A stretch of 62,604 bases of DNA from an uncultured virus (IMG/VR IMGVR_UViG_3300043108_000047). Taxonomy: Duplodnaviria > Heunggongvirae > Uroviricota > Caudoviricetes. Position 1 is the stretch's first letter. Each line of letters starts with the position of its first letter. The stretch spans positions 62,001 through 124,604 of the IMG/VR virus record IMGVR_UViG_3300043108_000047; one strand, given 5' to 3'. Under the pieces are notes generated by a model that saw only the letters and a program-made list of their open reading frames with translations, was not told the DNA's origin and searched no databases. A program made the position numbers and the translations under genes. Below are positions 14,501 through 28,321 of this stretch, in pieces.

Positions 14501-14827
14501 TTATTTCTTAATTCTCTTTACAAGAACACCGCCTCTACGGAATACTGGTTCACCTTGAGGTGCTCCACCACCTTGTTGCTGTCCTTGTGCTTGTTGAATC
14601 ATTTCAAGGAAGATTTGACATACTTGCATAGCTGCATTACAATCCTGGCTCTGTAAAGCCTAAGCTGCTAACTGAGCGACTTGCATCAATGGATCTCCTT
14701 GACCACCTTGTTCTGCAGGAGCTTCTTCAGCAGGTGCTTGACCTTCAACAGGCTCTTGCTCTTCTGCGGGTGCCATATCACCACCCATCTGAAATTTTCT
14801 AACGCTATCCTTTGGTCTAAATTTCAT
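14501..14827 (-). CDS. Small Gln/Ala/Glu-rich protein (108 aa), putative internal head protein
   Basis: MKFRPKDSVRKFQMGG...FRRGGVLVKRIKK with one in-frame TAG. Flanked by a promoter and a terminator. Confidence 0.8.
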
Positions 14828-14886
14828 AATTTATAAACATTAATGTTATAATTTTTTCTTTATCTAAACAATCTAATTGAACGATT

Positions 14887-14917
14887 CAAATATATATAAA
14901 ATAAATCTAATTTCAAA
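14887..14917 (-). promoter_or_regulatory. Bacteroidetes primary-sigma-type promoter (-33 TTTG / -7 TAnnTTTG)
   Basis: Minus strand TTTG (14917-14914), a 19-nt spacer, then TATATTTG (14894-14887), in an intergenic gap. Confidence 0.7.
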
Positions 14918-14947
14918 AGGCATTAAGAATATTTAAGAAAAATTCTA

Positions 14948-15520
14948 TTAAGATTCTTTCTTATCTGGAGATTCTACATACTCTGCTGGACGTTCATCCT
15001 AACCTTTAAGTACTTTAAACATATATTTACCCAAAGCTTTAAAGTCTTTATCCTTCTACGATTCTTCTGCTTTCTTAGCTTTCTTTACCAATATTTTTGT
15101 TTCTCTTCTAGAAACAATACGCTCACCTCCCCAAAGTTGATACTGTTCAGTTCCATCCTAGAATAATACTTTCATAACTGGTTCAGTTTCTTCAATATCT
15201 AAAGTATCTCCTTCTTTAATACCTGAATTAGGATTTACTTCTAATACATAAGACACACCATCAGCAGTTATAGGAGTTTCGTCATTTGGTTTTCCTTCCT
15301 AAACTTTAATTACTTCGTATTCTTCATTAATAAATACAATATCAAGAGGAATTTTAGTATCTTTCATCCAAAATGATACTTTTTGGGGAGGATCAAAGTA
15401 AAAGATCATACCTTCATCTTCTGGCAAAGAAGAAATTCCCTAAAGACCTTTAGCTTTCTCTTCCTAAGTAGAAGCCTCTTTTACTTTGTATTCTTTATTA
15501 TTTATTTTTATATTAATCAC
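14948..15520 (-). CDS. DUF192-family protein with a C-terminal extension (~190 aa)
   Basis: GTG start. Signature KGL(Q)GISSLPEDEGMIFYF...FWMKDTKIPLDIVFI...YVLEV, with several in-frame TAGs. Confidence 0.8.
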
Positions 15521-17252
15521 CGTAGAATGTTATTGTATCATTATCCTCTGTATTATCTTGTTGCTGCTAATAAGTTGGCATTTTAACAAATTGTACAGAA
15601 TCAACCGGTGTACTATTTTTATCAGTATTATTTTCAGTATTATTTTCAGTGTTACTTCCGTACCCACCAGTAAACCATTTATATCCTATGCCAGCTGCTG
15701 GAACTATCCAATACGAATTTTTCAAAGGCCATGCCCAAGCCTTATGCCTAAGTTTCTTAATATATTCTATTCTCTCCAAGTACTTTTTATAAGCCTCACT
15801 TTCTTCATACTCTTTATTAGCCTTTTCCCACGCAGCTTTTTTATCGGCTTGTTCTTTTACATCTTTATCGTATTTAGCATCTATTTCTGCTTGTTTTGAG
15901 TCATACCTTGCGTTCTCCTCAGCTCTTTCAGCCTCACGTTGCTCCCACCTTGCAAGGTCCTCAGGATACTCTCGCTTTGCTTCCTCAAATCTTTCCTGAT
16001 CTGTTATAATTTCAGGATGATCCAAACTATACTAATACTACTCCATTTGGGCATCGTAATCTGCTTTAGCCTGCTGCCATTCCTAATATTTTTTATTTTT
16101 AGCTTCCCATTCCGCTAACTTTCTTTCCGCTTTTTTGCCTTTACCTCCAGTTGGTTTTGGGCCAGGTTTTAAAGGTTCTGGTAATGCAAAATCAGCAGGT
16201 TTTTCAAGAGTCATTGTAGTCTAAAAGTCAGTAATTACTGGTTCCTTAGGCTGAGTCCAGGGAATTCTATCCTATGGGTAAGGATTAATTTCTTTTTCAA
16301 TTTCCACTTCTTTAAAAATAGGTCGACCTTCGGGTTCGGCGGGCAGTCTAAGTTTTCCTTTTGTCCAATTAAATCCAGAACGTCCTAATTTATATGCCCC
16401 AGCTGCTAAAGCCATAGTTTCCCAAGGATGATTTCCAACCCAGTTCCAAAAACCTCCGCTATTCTAAGTAGAACCATCAGCTGCTTCCATAATTGTAGGC
16501 GCCCAGAACATTCCTGTAGTAGCAGCCCATCTAGGATTAGTAACAACTGTACCAGCATTCTTGGCGGCTCCAGCAGCGGCATTCCAAACTCTAGTGGCTA
16601 CATTACTTGCAGTATTTAAACCTTGTCTAGCTGCATTAAGAGTAGTTGCAGTAAGTGACGGGGCATTAAAACTATAAGCTCCTAAAAGAGCATTTAGAAG
16701 GATATTAGCATCCTAATTTATTAAATTATAAGCATAACCAGGATTATAATAAGCATACTAAGGATTTACCTAGTGCCCGCCTAATATGAAGTTATTATGT
16801 AACTAAGCCATATTAGCAGCTTGTTGTCTTTGTTCTTCAGTATATGGAGAAGCATATCCCTAACTTACCTAAGCCTAATTTCTAGCAGATTCTGCTTCTA
16901 ATGCTATAGCTCTATCTACTTGAGCATCTGTCATATATTTACCATTGGGAACTCTTTTACGATATTCGGCTCTAATAGCCTAGCGCTAATCATTTACTGC
17001 CTGTTGTTGTTTTCTTACATTCCCAGTATTGTAATTTATTCCGCTTACTCTTAAAGTACTATTTACAGCATCTGCAGGAGTAGTATAACTTACAGGAGTA
17101 ACCTAAGTTGTTGGAGCAGCACTCTAAGCTATTCTTACAGACTATGGTTGAACTACTTTGTGTACTCTCGTGGCATCTGTTGGAGTTGAATAATCATAAA
17201 CTGGTAATTCAGAAAGATTTAATAATTCTAAAATACTTCTTGGTTTCGCCAT
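15513..17252 (-). CDS. Hypothetical virion/cargo protein (~579 aa) with Ala-rich hydrophobic and coiled-coil segments
   Basis: ATG at 17252. The frame is open with TAG=Gln through ORF 15567 to TAA at 15513. Confidence 0.75.
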
Positions 17253-18490
17253 TATATTAAACTATTTGTATTGTCGATTGTATTATGTAATATCTCATGT
17301 GTAAGCAATTTTCCAGCTTCTATTGCTGCTTCATCAGAGCCATCCTTAGCTAATTCCTCTAACTTTTTAGTTGCTTCCAATCTAAATATTATTTCAGAGC
17401 GCTCTATCTCAGCTTGTTGTTCTATTTCTCCTCCTTCAGACTCACTAATTACGGGAATTCCTTTCTTAGTAATGCCTTCCATTTCCATATTGTTCTTTCG
17501 AGCATGTAGAGCACCTTCTGGAATTACATTAAACTTACCTCCTTCTCTATATTCTGGAAGTTCTACAGAAACTTCATTTATAATATCTGGATTTATAACT
17601 TTAAATTCAGTCTTTCCTCCTTTCTAATACTTTGCTGCACTTATAATTCTTTTAGCTCTGTAAAGATCTTTTATAGCCATACCATGTTTACCTACTGCAG
17701 TTCCGTAATCATATCCTCCTGTTAAATCATATTCTCGTCTATTACTATTAATAGCTGTCATATTATTTTGAAGATCAAAAGAATCTCTAGCATTTCCTGC
17801 TATCCAATTAACTTTAGATTGCACATCCTATGCTTTCTATATCTAATCATTAAATTTTTTCTTAGAACCAGAACTAAGCCATCCAATTTTTTTATTGGAT
17901 AAAGATAAAGCTTTATTAGCCATAGTATCGGCTCCTAAATATGAACCGCCAACCTAAGCAAGAGCATCTTCATCTTTAGTAAAAGACATGGTTTTAGAGC
18001 CAAAAATACCATTTGCTAATCCTATAGGAGTTAAACTAAGAAAAGAACTACCTAAAATAGCGTCAGTCTTGGTCAGGCCGTCCGTGCCTGCTCCTAAATT
18101 ATTTGCTAGCTAACCTGCTGCACTACCTAATTTCATAGCTCCGCCAACAATTGTTCCTGCGGGCCCAAACATAGCCGCACTGTCAGCAATAGCATTATAT
18201 CCAGCATCTAAAGACTAAGTATAATTACCATATGTTCCAGATAACTCTGACTTCTATGGTAATGCACTACTTACTAAATCAGCAGCTGCACCTATCTTTC
18301 CCCAAGTATTAGCAGTTTTAGTTATATCCTTTTTCTATTTAGGTTGCTTTTCGTCTACCTTACCAAGAGTATTAAAAACTCCCAAAGGATCTTGCTAAGC
18401 TTCCTATAATAATGGAGTTACACCGTTATAAATTCCCTAACCTAAATCGGGAGTAGAAAACTTTAAATTATCAAATGTGAAATTACCCAT
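17252..18490 (-). CDS. Gly/Ala-rich putative cargo/ejection protein (~412 aa)
   Basis: Joins ORFs 17624 and 17252. Has a Gly-rich hydrophobic stretch (MFGPAGTIVGGAMKLG) and a C-terminal NVIPEGALHARK...AEIERSEIIF region. Confidence 0.8.
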
Positions 18491-21400
18491 AACTTATTGA
18501 ATATAAAGTTTTAATAGCTGCTATTATAGCCAACTTTTCTCCAGAATATCTAATTCGTATTTTTATCCATTTATCTTTTAATTTTATTTCGTCAGTTTTA
18601 TAATTAACCCATCTAACTATAGATCTATCATCAAAGGTTGATGGTATATGTGCCTGATTTAAAGTTTCTGGAAGATGAAATTGACTTACTTCTATAGGAA
18701 CTTTATCTGCTGAAGTATTCCGTCCAGCTAAATCATTTTTATCCCAAGAGTCCTCATTTTTATAAGCAATATTAATAGGATTAATCTAAATATCCCATTT
18801 ATCTTCCTTATACTACATATTACCCCGTAGTCTACCACCTTTTCTAAGATCTACCGCTAGAGCATGATTCCATATTCTATACTCCTATAAAGTATTATAG
18901 TGTACTATTTCAGCTCCTGCTTTAGCAGAGAAATCTTTAGTATTAATATCATTTCTTAAATGATAAGAATCTTCTATTTCATTAATAGTATCCTATCTAA
19001 AATAATATAAAGGAAGTATAGTAGATTTATCATAATATCCTGTAACTTCTGTTCCATCATCTCTTTTTAAAGGTCGATGTGTAGAAGTTAAATCTGTATA
19101 CGTATCATCAAATACTATATCCTGCCCATTATACTAAAAGAATTCCTTAGTAGCTTCCTAGCGAATATACATATTCTACTTATCTTTTGCAAAATCAAAA
19201 CAATCTCCAATTATTTCATAATGGAAAGATTCTGGTTCTGCATTATTACTAATAATTTCTAAGTTGTCAAATATTTTATGAGCTGCTGGATTTTCTGCTA
19301 CTATAAATTCTAACTCAAACGGATGTTGTTTACCATACCAATAAGTAGGTTTTAGAGAATCTTTAATATCTATAATTCCAGCATTTCCATGTTTCCAGAA
19401 ATCAGTTGTTAAATTAGCTAATTTATCTTTAAAGCATATAGCTATGGTAGATTCATAATAACCAGCATCAATAGTTGCAGTATTACTAAAAGCCTATGCT
19501 AAAGTTGTATTATAAGTATCATCTACAATTATATTACATCTAATATTTAAAAGAATAACAGCTTCATTTTTATTAAAGTATTCATTATATTTAGAATAAT
19601 TAAATGCAAGATACTCTTCATCAATTATTTTAAAATCTTCCTCATTAGTGTAATGCCCATAATTGTCTCTAACAAGTTCGTATTCTAATGTATAATTTAA
19701 ATTATTTATAATTCTATTAGATAAGCTTAATTTTCCAATTGGTTCGTAAGTATTAGATTCTTTAGATTCAATAATTACATTGTCTAAAGTAACACCATCT
19801 GAAAAGGCATTATCTGATTTACTAATTCCTAACTTAGCAATCCATTTAGAAGTATTTCTGTCAAAACTAAAGAACTAATTATATATATTCTCAGAATAGG
19901 ATGGAACCCACGAATAGAATGTAATCCATTTTTTAAGAATTTCATTAAAACAGATATTCCATACTTTTTCTTCAAAACCATGTAAATTATCATAGAATGT
20001 GAACATTACATCAGATTTATAAGCATTATAATGGGTCTTTACATTTCTTATTCCTATAATAGGAGTTAGTTCTCTTTCAGTTAAAGAAATATTATCATGT
20101 AAAAATTCCTATATATACATATCTGATATAATATCAAAAGTATTTCCATCTGTTTTCCAAATTTTTTTACCTACCGTATCAACTCCATAAACGGCTCTGG
20201 GAGTCTTTATAACGGATTCTCTCCACTAACTGCCGAATGTATCAGAAAGTATTTTCGGATTCTCTGGAAGCACGTTAGAGGTGTTTACATAAACATTTCC
20301 GCCTTGTCCAGACCCAGCTAAAGTTCGTTCATTTACAGAAATTAATCCAACCCCATGTTCAAATACACAAAGTAAATTTCCATTTAATTCTATAATTTTA
20401 GTAATAGAACCATAAGTCTTTGGATAATCTCTATAAGCATAGCCTCTAAAGTTTCTAAAACCATTTCTAAAACCATCGGTAACTTGAATATCTGAATAAG
20501 CAATACGATTACTAAATTCATTTTTAATCCAAGGTACGTCTGGAACTTCATAATTCCATCTCTAAGATACAGAAGTTTCAAATCCTTTATTAAAGCAAAG
20601 AGCTTCTGGAATTTTATATGCACCACTAGTAGTTATAGGATGATATGGATAAAATCCTCTAGCGTGTCCAAATAAAGACATTTCATCTACTACTGAACTA
20701 TCTAATGCTCGTATATTTAAATTGAAAGTTGACCTAACAGTAAAAGTAACCCACATTCCAAGTCCGACCGCATTTACATCTCCTAAATTTATTTTATCAA
20801 AATTCTCCTTTTTAACTACTCCATCAGATACTTCAAAGTTTTCTCTCCAACAAGTAGGATCAGCAATAATATTATTATTAGGGGCAGAAGGATCCTAGAA
20901 ATTTCTATTAACTCTATGTGTGAACTAACAAATATAACAATCACCTCTATATAATGCTGAATTTAATTTATAAAATTTTGTTTCAGTTTCTTCTTCTGAC
21001 TCTTCTGTTTTAATATTATAAGTTTCTTCAAACATCCAATCATTCTAGTTACTTAAATCAATTCTATAAGAAATAGCATAATAAGATGACTTATCTGCAT
21101 ATCTTATTTTAAAATAACTATCCATATTAGACTTTGAGTATCCGGGAATTTTAATATCTATTAAAGATCCAGGTTCTTCATATCCTGTTATTCCTAAATA
21201 CGGCCCGAAAGATCCTCGAAGTAAATTAACACCTTCTGTAATTTTTTGCTCTCTACCTATGTATTCATAACGAAAAGCTTCTTCTGCTTCTCCAGCTCTA
21301 GCCGAAAACATTTCAGAACCTATTCCAACTAATTTTACATTGTCTTCAACTCCGATTATTCTAACTTTAGTGTATTCGGAAGATTTATTCCAAGATTGTT

Positions 21401-23345
21401 GGGATTTAACATAAAAGTGTCTGGATTCAGAAGATTGGACTAAATTAACAGTTTGTGAACTAGGTCTTATACTAAATTCACTTCCAGTAAATAAAGAATT
21501 TAGATATGGAGAATTTACATCATAATCTGGGCAAATTGCCGCATGTTTCTTAACATATGAATCAGTAAGACCAACTAAATGCTCGGAGAAAGTATGACTT
21601 AAAGTTTTAATCTTCTTTCCCTTTTTAGACTTAGAATAGTCTTCGTCAGAAGATGTAAAGTTTCTCTAAGATAGAAAGCTTTCTGCGATATAATTATAAT
21701 TACTAGTCGTTCCTTCTTTATCATAACTGGCAACATTATCAACAGGTAATACTGGAGTATGACTTTCAATATCTGTGGCAATAGTATATGCTTGACACAA
21801 TGTAGTGGGCATTCTTTTCTGTCTTACAAAGAAGTACCCTTTTATATGTAAAGTATCTTTTAAATAATCAATAACTTCTTTAGGAGCTGTAAAGTTAATT
21901 CCAGTAATCAAATTAGAATCTGGCTAATCTATAGAAATTACTCCTTTTACATTTTCTAAAGTGTGACCTTTTTCTAATATCTGAGTTTCTTCATTGTAGG
22001 CTATATAGAAACGTTCATCATTCTTTTTAAATTCAATAGAAGTATAATCTCCAACTTTGGTAGAACTACTTAAATTCTATAATCCACGAGTATTAAATAC
22101 TGGAGTTAAAGTATTGTCCGCCTGTATAAATACTATTCCGAATCTATAAATTTCGTCATCCCAATATCCAACTTTATTGTATATATAATTTGGGTCATAG
22201 TAATTATTTGAAGCACTTCCACTATACTCTTCATCAATATTACTATTATACTATTCAGTTTCCAGCAGAGGCAAGAATCGTAAAGCACAATCTGCTAAAT
22301 CATTATACGGAATTTCAGGTCTATCTACGTTGGCTAAGAATAACATATTCTAACAAGTTGCCTGAGTTTCAACAGAACCATATATCTAATAAATAGGATT
22401 TATATCCGATAATGGAACTTCAGTAGTATTTTCAAAACCTGTAATAGTAAGTATAGTATTAGAAGATTGATTAATTAAATACTCCTAATTAATTCTTTTA
22501 GCAGTGATTGTAGAATTTTCATTTATATCAGAAGTAGCTACGGTATAATATACTACTACTTTATAATATCCAGGATCAGTATTAGTAAGATAAAATTTAA
22601 CTAATTTATGGGAATTCTCATTTCTAAATCCTGAATATATAGAATCTGGAGTGTACCCTACAAATATAGAAACAAGCCCAGATTCTGCAAAATAATCAGT
22701 TTCATTTCCATCTTCATCTACATATCTAAAATAGAAATGATAATTACCAATACCTAATCTACCACCATATTGTACTCCTAAGAAATTTAATCTAGGAATT
22801 GTAGTAGTTTTTCTATAAAGAGAAGTATCCAAATCAAACTAGGTTCCCTAATTATATATATTGGTATCATTATTACCTTTTCTATCACATATCTAATATT
22901 TATTTCTTTCTGTAGGACTAAATCTAGAATTTATAAGCCTGGGCGCATTCTTTCCATCGTTTATTATAAGATTTACAGAATTATCATAAGACCACTAAGG
23001 AGTAATATTTACTGGATTATTTAAATTAAAATTTAGTTCATCCGTTTCAAAATCAACTAATTGCCCTTTCTAATATATTACTGGGGGAGATTCACTCCCC
23101 CATATACTATCTTGTATATTTTTAGCTATTATTTCTTTATACTCATTAAAAGTCAGCCCCTTAGCAATATTATAAAATTCTATACAAAATTCTTCATAAG
23201 TCCACAATCTGTTATTATAATATAACATATCCTACTCTATCCTATAATTCCTAAAAGGATTATATTCATAAACTAGATTTCCTTTTGTCGGAAATACTTT
23301 TAGAGCAGTTGAGAATTCATAATCAATTTCGTTTAAATTACTCAT
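18483..23345 (-). CDS. crAss-like tail stabilisation/muzzle-type protein (~1620 aa)
   Basis: Joins ORFs 22485, 21666, 21045 and 20562. C-terminus KDKWIKIRIRYSG. Lies between the ring proteins and the cargo genes. Confidence 0.75.
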
Positions 23346-26300
23346 TTATGTCTGAATCGTCTACAAAATATTCTGAACTATCTGTATAATAATTTTTATT
23401 ATATGTTTTATTCTCTATTTTATTTACTAATTTAATATCCTAAATATAGCATCCCTACTCTTCCTATCTACATGTAAGTATCATAGATTTTAATCCGGTA
23501 TTTTCTGTAATTTGTAAATAATTTCCATTTAAAGATACATTAGAATTAAAGATTGATTTTACTACAGATCCATCTTTAGTGTATATAGATTGTTTATTTC
23601 CTTTTAAATTAATAAAAGTTTCCCCATTATATATCTTATCAGAAGCAACCAAATTAAAATTCATTATATTTTGTAAAATATTAGAGATATTAATATTTTT
23701 AGTAGTTTTATAAGTGATACTTTCAGTATTGTTTCCATTGTGCCACAAATTAGGAATAACACTTTTTCGTTGTACTACAGTATTATTAATAATATATGTA
23801 TAATCAACTTTTACATCTATTTCTGTTGTTCTAGTAGCAGTATAATTATTCCAATACCCTATATTACTATAAGTATAACAAGGAATTCCCTAACCAGTAT
23901 AAGATGTTAATTTATAAAAACCAGAAAACTACTATTTAATATCTTCTTCTGTAGTTCCTAATGTAGAAAGTCTCGGATAAAATTCTTTATCAGTACTTAT
24001 ATTAGTCTCAGTAGATTCCATTGCTTTAGTTCCAGAATACTCATCTGGAGTTTTAGTCCACTCCGTTCCAAAATAATTATAAGGAACGAAAGTTACAAAT
24101 CCAGATTCTGTCTTTAAACAGAATAAAACAATAGAGAACTAAGCAGTGCCGTCTGCAATAGTAGTTTTAATGTCTTGTTTATTAATTCCAACTCCTTGAT
24201 TTTTACTTTCGCCAATTGAGAAAATAAATGGAGACCCCTTCTTATGTGTCCAAACATTAAACTATAATGCAATCCAATCTCGATCCTATAATTCTCTCTA
24301 AATACCAGTTCCAATAGTTGGAATACTCTATAAATTAGTATAATCTTTAGTTGTATCATCTCCAGTTTTTACTGTGCAAGAACTGCTTGCAGGATGCTCT
24401 CTAATATCCGAAAGTCCCAAAATAAAATGAGTATCTTGTCCAAAAGAAGTTAGATATAAAATAGTTCCTTCTAAATTACTCAACTAATATGCAGTTTGTA
24501 AATAATTTAGATCATTATAAAATACTTTTATCGGAGTAAATAGACTATAAACATATTTATTAGTTATTTTAATATTACCCGAATTGTCAGCTTTTATATC
24601 AAAAAGTTTAGTAGTATCTGCAAAAGTTATATTAGATACTTCAATAGCATTACTTATATATTGTATAGTAGAATTATGATCATTAGAAGTACTTATTTCA
24701 TATTCTTGAACACCTGTTATATGTTTAGATATTATAGAATTTGAAGAATCTAAAGAAATAGTTGCAGAAAGTTCATCTTCAAACTAATCTATTATTTTAT
24801 ATTCCTAAGTAGTACTCTCGTCTTGTTTATAAGGAATCTAATCTATAGTGCTATTATCCTACTGTAAAGTTCTAGATTCTGAAATAGTATTTATAGCTAC
24901 TGAACTTTTCGGTGTAAATTCTATATAATTTTCTAAAATTAATTCATTAAAATCAGTTTCTGAGTAATATGCTGAATTGAATATATCAGAAGTATATAGA
25001 ATGCGATAATAATATCTAGTTTCTTTAGTATAATTTATAGTTAATTTTACAATATAACATTGATTCTTTTTTAATCCTGATTCCTCAGATTGGTCAAAAT
25101 AAATAACTTTATCAAAATGACCAAGCATAGAACTAGCCTTATTTTCTATACTATATTCGAGTTCTTTTTCTAAATTTATATTTGTTGTAGTCCAAAGATT
25201 ACTTATAGCACAATCATTTCCTTCAGCATCATTGTCTACATCATACCCATCTAAAAATAAAGCTTTATAGTTAGTATCATTAAAAGGATAAAAATTAAAC
25301 TCTACAGAATTTACAGATTCTCCAATATTAGGATAAGAATCAAATCCATAAGATAATGTTAGTATAGAATCTTCTATATAATAACGATATTCATTTAAGT
25401 CTGTAATATCTTTTCCCAACTTATCCATATCTATATTTACAGAAGTACCTAAATATTCAATATAACCATATTCCATTACTGGATAGATAGTTAATTTTAC
25501 AATTCCTACAGCATCGCTTATATCCAATATTTCAGAAAAAGATATTTCAGGATCGAATCCGTCATTATTTCTATTTTGTAACTATTCTGTGGGTATTTCT
25601 AAGAATGTCCAGCCTGCAACCTCTCCCTAGTTCTCTGTTTTCTTTTTCCAATTTACTACAATGTATTTTGGATTTACTAATTTTCTAGATTCTGGATCAT
25701 CGTTATTATAAATCCAATTAGTGTTGAAAGAACAAGTAACCTAATCGTCTTTCTGTTTTGCAACTTTAACTGAAGCTGTAAATTCTTCAATAACCTCTAA
25801 CTTAGCAATAATAGCAAGTTTTCCGGGAACAGAAGATGTAAATACGCTATAATTAGAATTTATTACATCTCGATATTCTGACAAAGTTATTTTTCCATTA
25901 CTTATAGGTTCAGTACTATTTATATAATAATTTGGATTACTATACCAAACTAAATTATCATCTAAATATACTATTTTACCATCATCTTGTATTGATACAA
26001 TATGTAATTTCAAATATTTAGGATCTTTATTTATATTATTATCCTAATTATTAAAAGCACTTAGCACCTCTGAATTTTTCTAAATATTGTTACTTCCAAC
26101 ACAAAATTTATCTCCAATTTTTAATTGAGTATCAGTTAGCAATACTTTAACAGTATCTGTAATTACAGGATAATAAGAATCATCTTCATAATCTATAACA
26201 TAAGTTCCGTAAAAGTCTTTACAATGTAAGTAAGTTACATTTCCAACTTCATCAGAAGTCACATTTCTTTCAGGGGATGGAAAACTTCCTATTTGAGATT

Positions 26301-26559
26301 TATTAGTTAAAGGATTATAAGATGCAATATATATAATTCCCCCTAATTCTGCAGTTCCTAATGGTATATATCCTTCTGGAAGACAGGCTGTTTCTACCCT
26401 TCCATTTCCCATATCATTCTAAAGGACATTTTCATTGCCATTCATCGTTAGGATTGTAGCATTTAATGCATTAGTTAATACCGTATTTGGAGTGAGTAGA
26501 GGATTAAAATCCATTACTAATCCATCTGAGAAGGTATTAGTAGTTTCCTATCTTTTCAT
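23338..26559 (-). CDS. Tail structural protein (~1073 aa) with a stabilisation-protein-like N-terminus
   Basis: N-terminus NTFSDGLVMDFNP...L(Q)NDMGNGRVETA...QIGSFPSPERN. Joins ORFs 26080, 25741, 24859 and 23464. Confidence 0.75.
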
Positions 26560-27131
26560 AGAATATCATAATTATTATTAGTTACTAATATATCTTTAAA
26601 TTTTAAAGGTTCTCTTATAATAATTAATTCTGCTTTATCAGTAATTAATTCTGGAATATAAAATTTAAAAGTCATCTATGTTATATATGGAATTCTGAAT
26701 ATATATTTAGAAGCATGTTCTGCAATTTTGCATTCATCTAACATTTGATACATAAAGACCTGTCCGAAATTATAGTATTTCTTAGGACGACCTCTTTTAT
26801 TCTTCTGTTGTAAATAATTTTGATATGCAGATTCTGTTAATCCAAAATAATAATATCCATCCCATTCTGACTTTCTTCTCTTATATAATACTCTTAATTT
26901 AACTATTAATTTCTTAATATAATAATTGAAATGTTGAATAGGATTCTTTTTAAGATTTCCAATATAACACCATAAATTATTACTATTTATAATAGTATCA
27001 CCTCCATAACTATTATGAAGATAAAGAGATCTCCAACCAAAGTTTACAATTCGCTAAATGTCTTCTTTTGGTACTGAAGGAAACTTTTTATACAGTTCTT
27101 CATAATAATCTTCAATTTTAGTTATTTTCAT
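26556..27131 (-). CDS. Basic hypothetical protein (~191 aa)
   Basis: MKITKIEDYYEEL... with two in-frame TAGs. Its TGA overlaps the next ATG. Confidence 0.75.
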
Positions 27132-27149
27132 AATTCATTGCTGTATTTA

Positions 27150-27157
27150 CAAATATA
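27150..27157 (-). promoter_or_regulatory. Possible Bacteroidetes -7 promoter element
   Basis: TATATTTG in a 42-nt intergenic gap; the -33 element is only partial. Confidence 0.4.
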
Positions 27158-27173
27158 CAACTTTAATAGGTAA

Positions 27174-27623
27174 TTAACAATATTGTTTACCTTCATTAGT
27201 ATTATTTGTAATTTTATCTCGCAATTCCTTATTAACATAAATGTTCTTCACTCTCGGAGTTCTATTTCCATACATAAATAGTCCTAATTGATACCCAGTA
27301 AAATAAGACTTCAAAAAATTAATATTTGCCCACTTTCCTGATTTCCTAAGAGTTTTAAATTTATCTCCAGTAAATCTTTGCATATGAATATCACACTTTC
27401 TATTACCTTTAAGAGGAAGCTAGAAAGTAGCATTATTATCTATTACATCATTTAAAACTAATTGTACACATTCTGTAAATATTTTAGTAGCAAGCATATC
27501 ACGATGTGCGTTACCTATAATTTCTTTACATTTTGCACAATTAGTTTTTAATTTTTTAAAAGGAAAGTTTTCAAATAATTCTTTACAACTAAATGCACAA
27601 CCTAAAGCATATTGTTTTAACAT
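27174..27623 (-). CDS. Hypothetical basic protein (149 aa), possibly IHF/HU-like as in crAss late operons
   Basis: ORFs 27420 and 27174 are joined by one TAG. The function is guessed from position only. Confidence 0.7.
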
Positions 27624-28321
27624 TATCTAAAAGCTTTATATGATTTTCCATGAATCTTTCTATTCCAATTACTTTTAGCATCTAGAATTTGATCCATATC
27701 ATTTTGATTTAAATATTCTGTAACTCTTGCCTAGTCGCATTGTACATTCCATTCCTTTTTAAGATATGCTGCCATATTTGCAATATTAGTATTATTAGTG
27801 GATAACCCCTCTTTAAATTTATTAATATATGCACAATATGTAGCAATAGCAAGTGCTTCTTTATCATTCAATTCTGGAAGTCCATCTTCATCTAATATTA
27901 CTCCCTTATATAAAATATTTACAGCTCCATAAGGACGGTCAAAGTATAAAGTATCTCCAACTCTATGATACTTTATAAATTTACCACTTGCATATAATGG
28001 ACTTTTAAAGTCTTTCTTACTTTCTATATAAGCTTCCGTATATGCAGAATTTAAATCTCCATCTGGGTAAATATTAGAAGTATTATTCCAGTCTTCAAAA
28101 GATGTAGTTACTGCTTCAATTATATCTGCATTACAAGGCAACTCTACAGTATTATTACATCCAGAAGGGCATGTAGTATATCTATATAATCTATATCTTT
28201 TATTACCTATAAGATTCCATGCAACAAGTGCTAATTCTTCCCAACTATCTTCTTGCATAGTCACGCCATAAAGCTAATCCATTAAGGTCATTGCGTAGTG
28301 AAAATTGTTAAGATTTTCCAT
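27623..28321 (-). CDS. Putative tail ring/tubular protein (~232 aa)
   Basis: Extends ORF 27731..28264 in both directions through TAG. Size and position are typical of crAss ring proteins. Confidence 0.7.

Noticed and set aside
11365..15660. Short direct repeats (ESTSKS twice, SDNT, NTEN)
   Set aside because: In-frame low-complexity protein linkers, not mobile or regulatory repeats.
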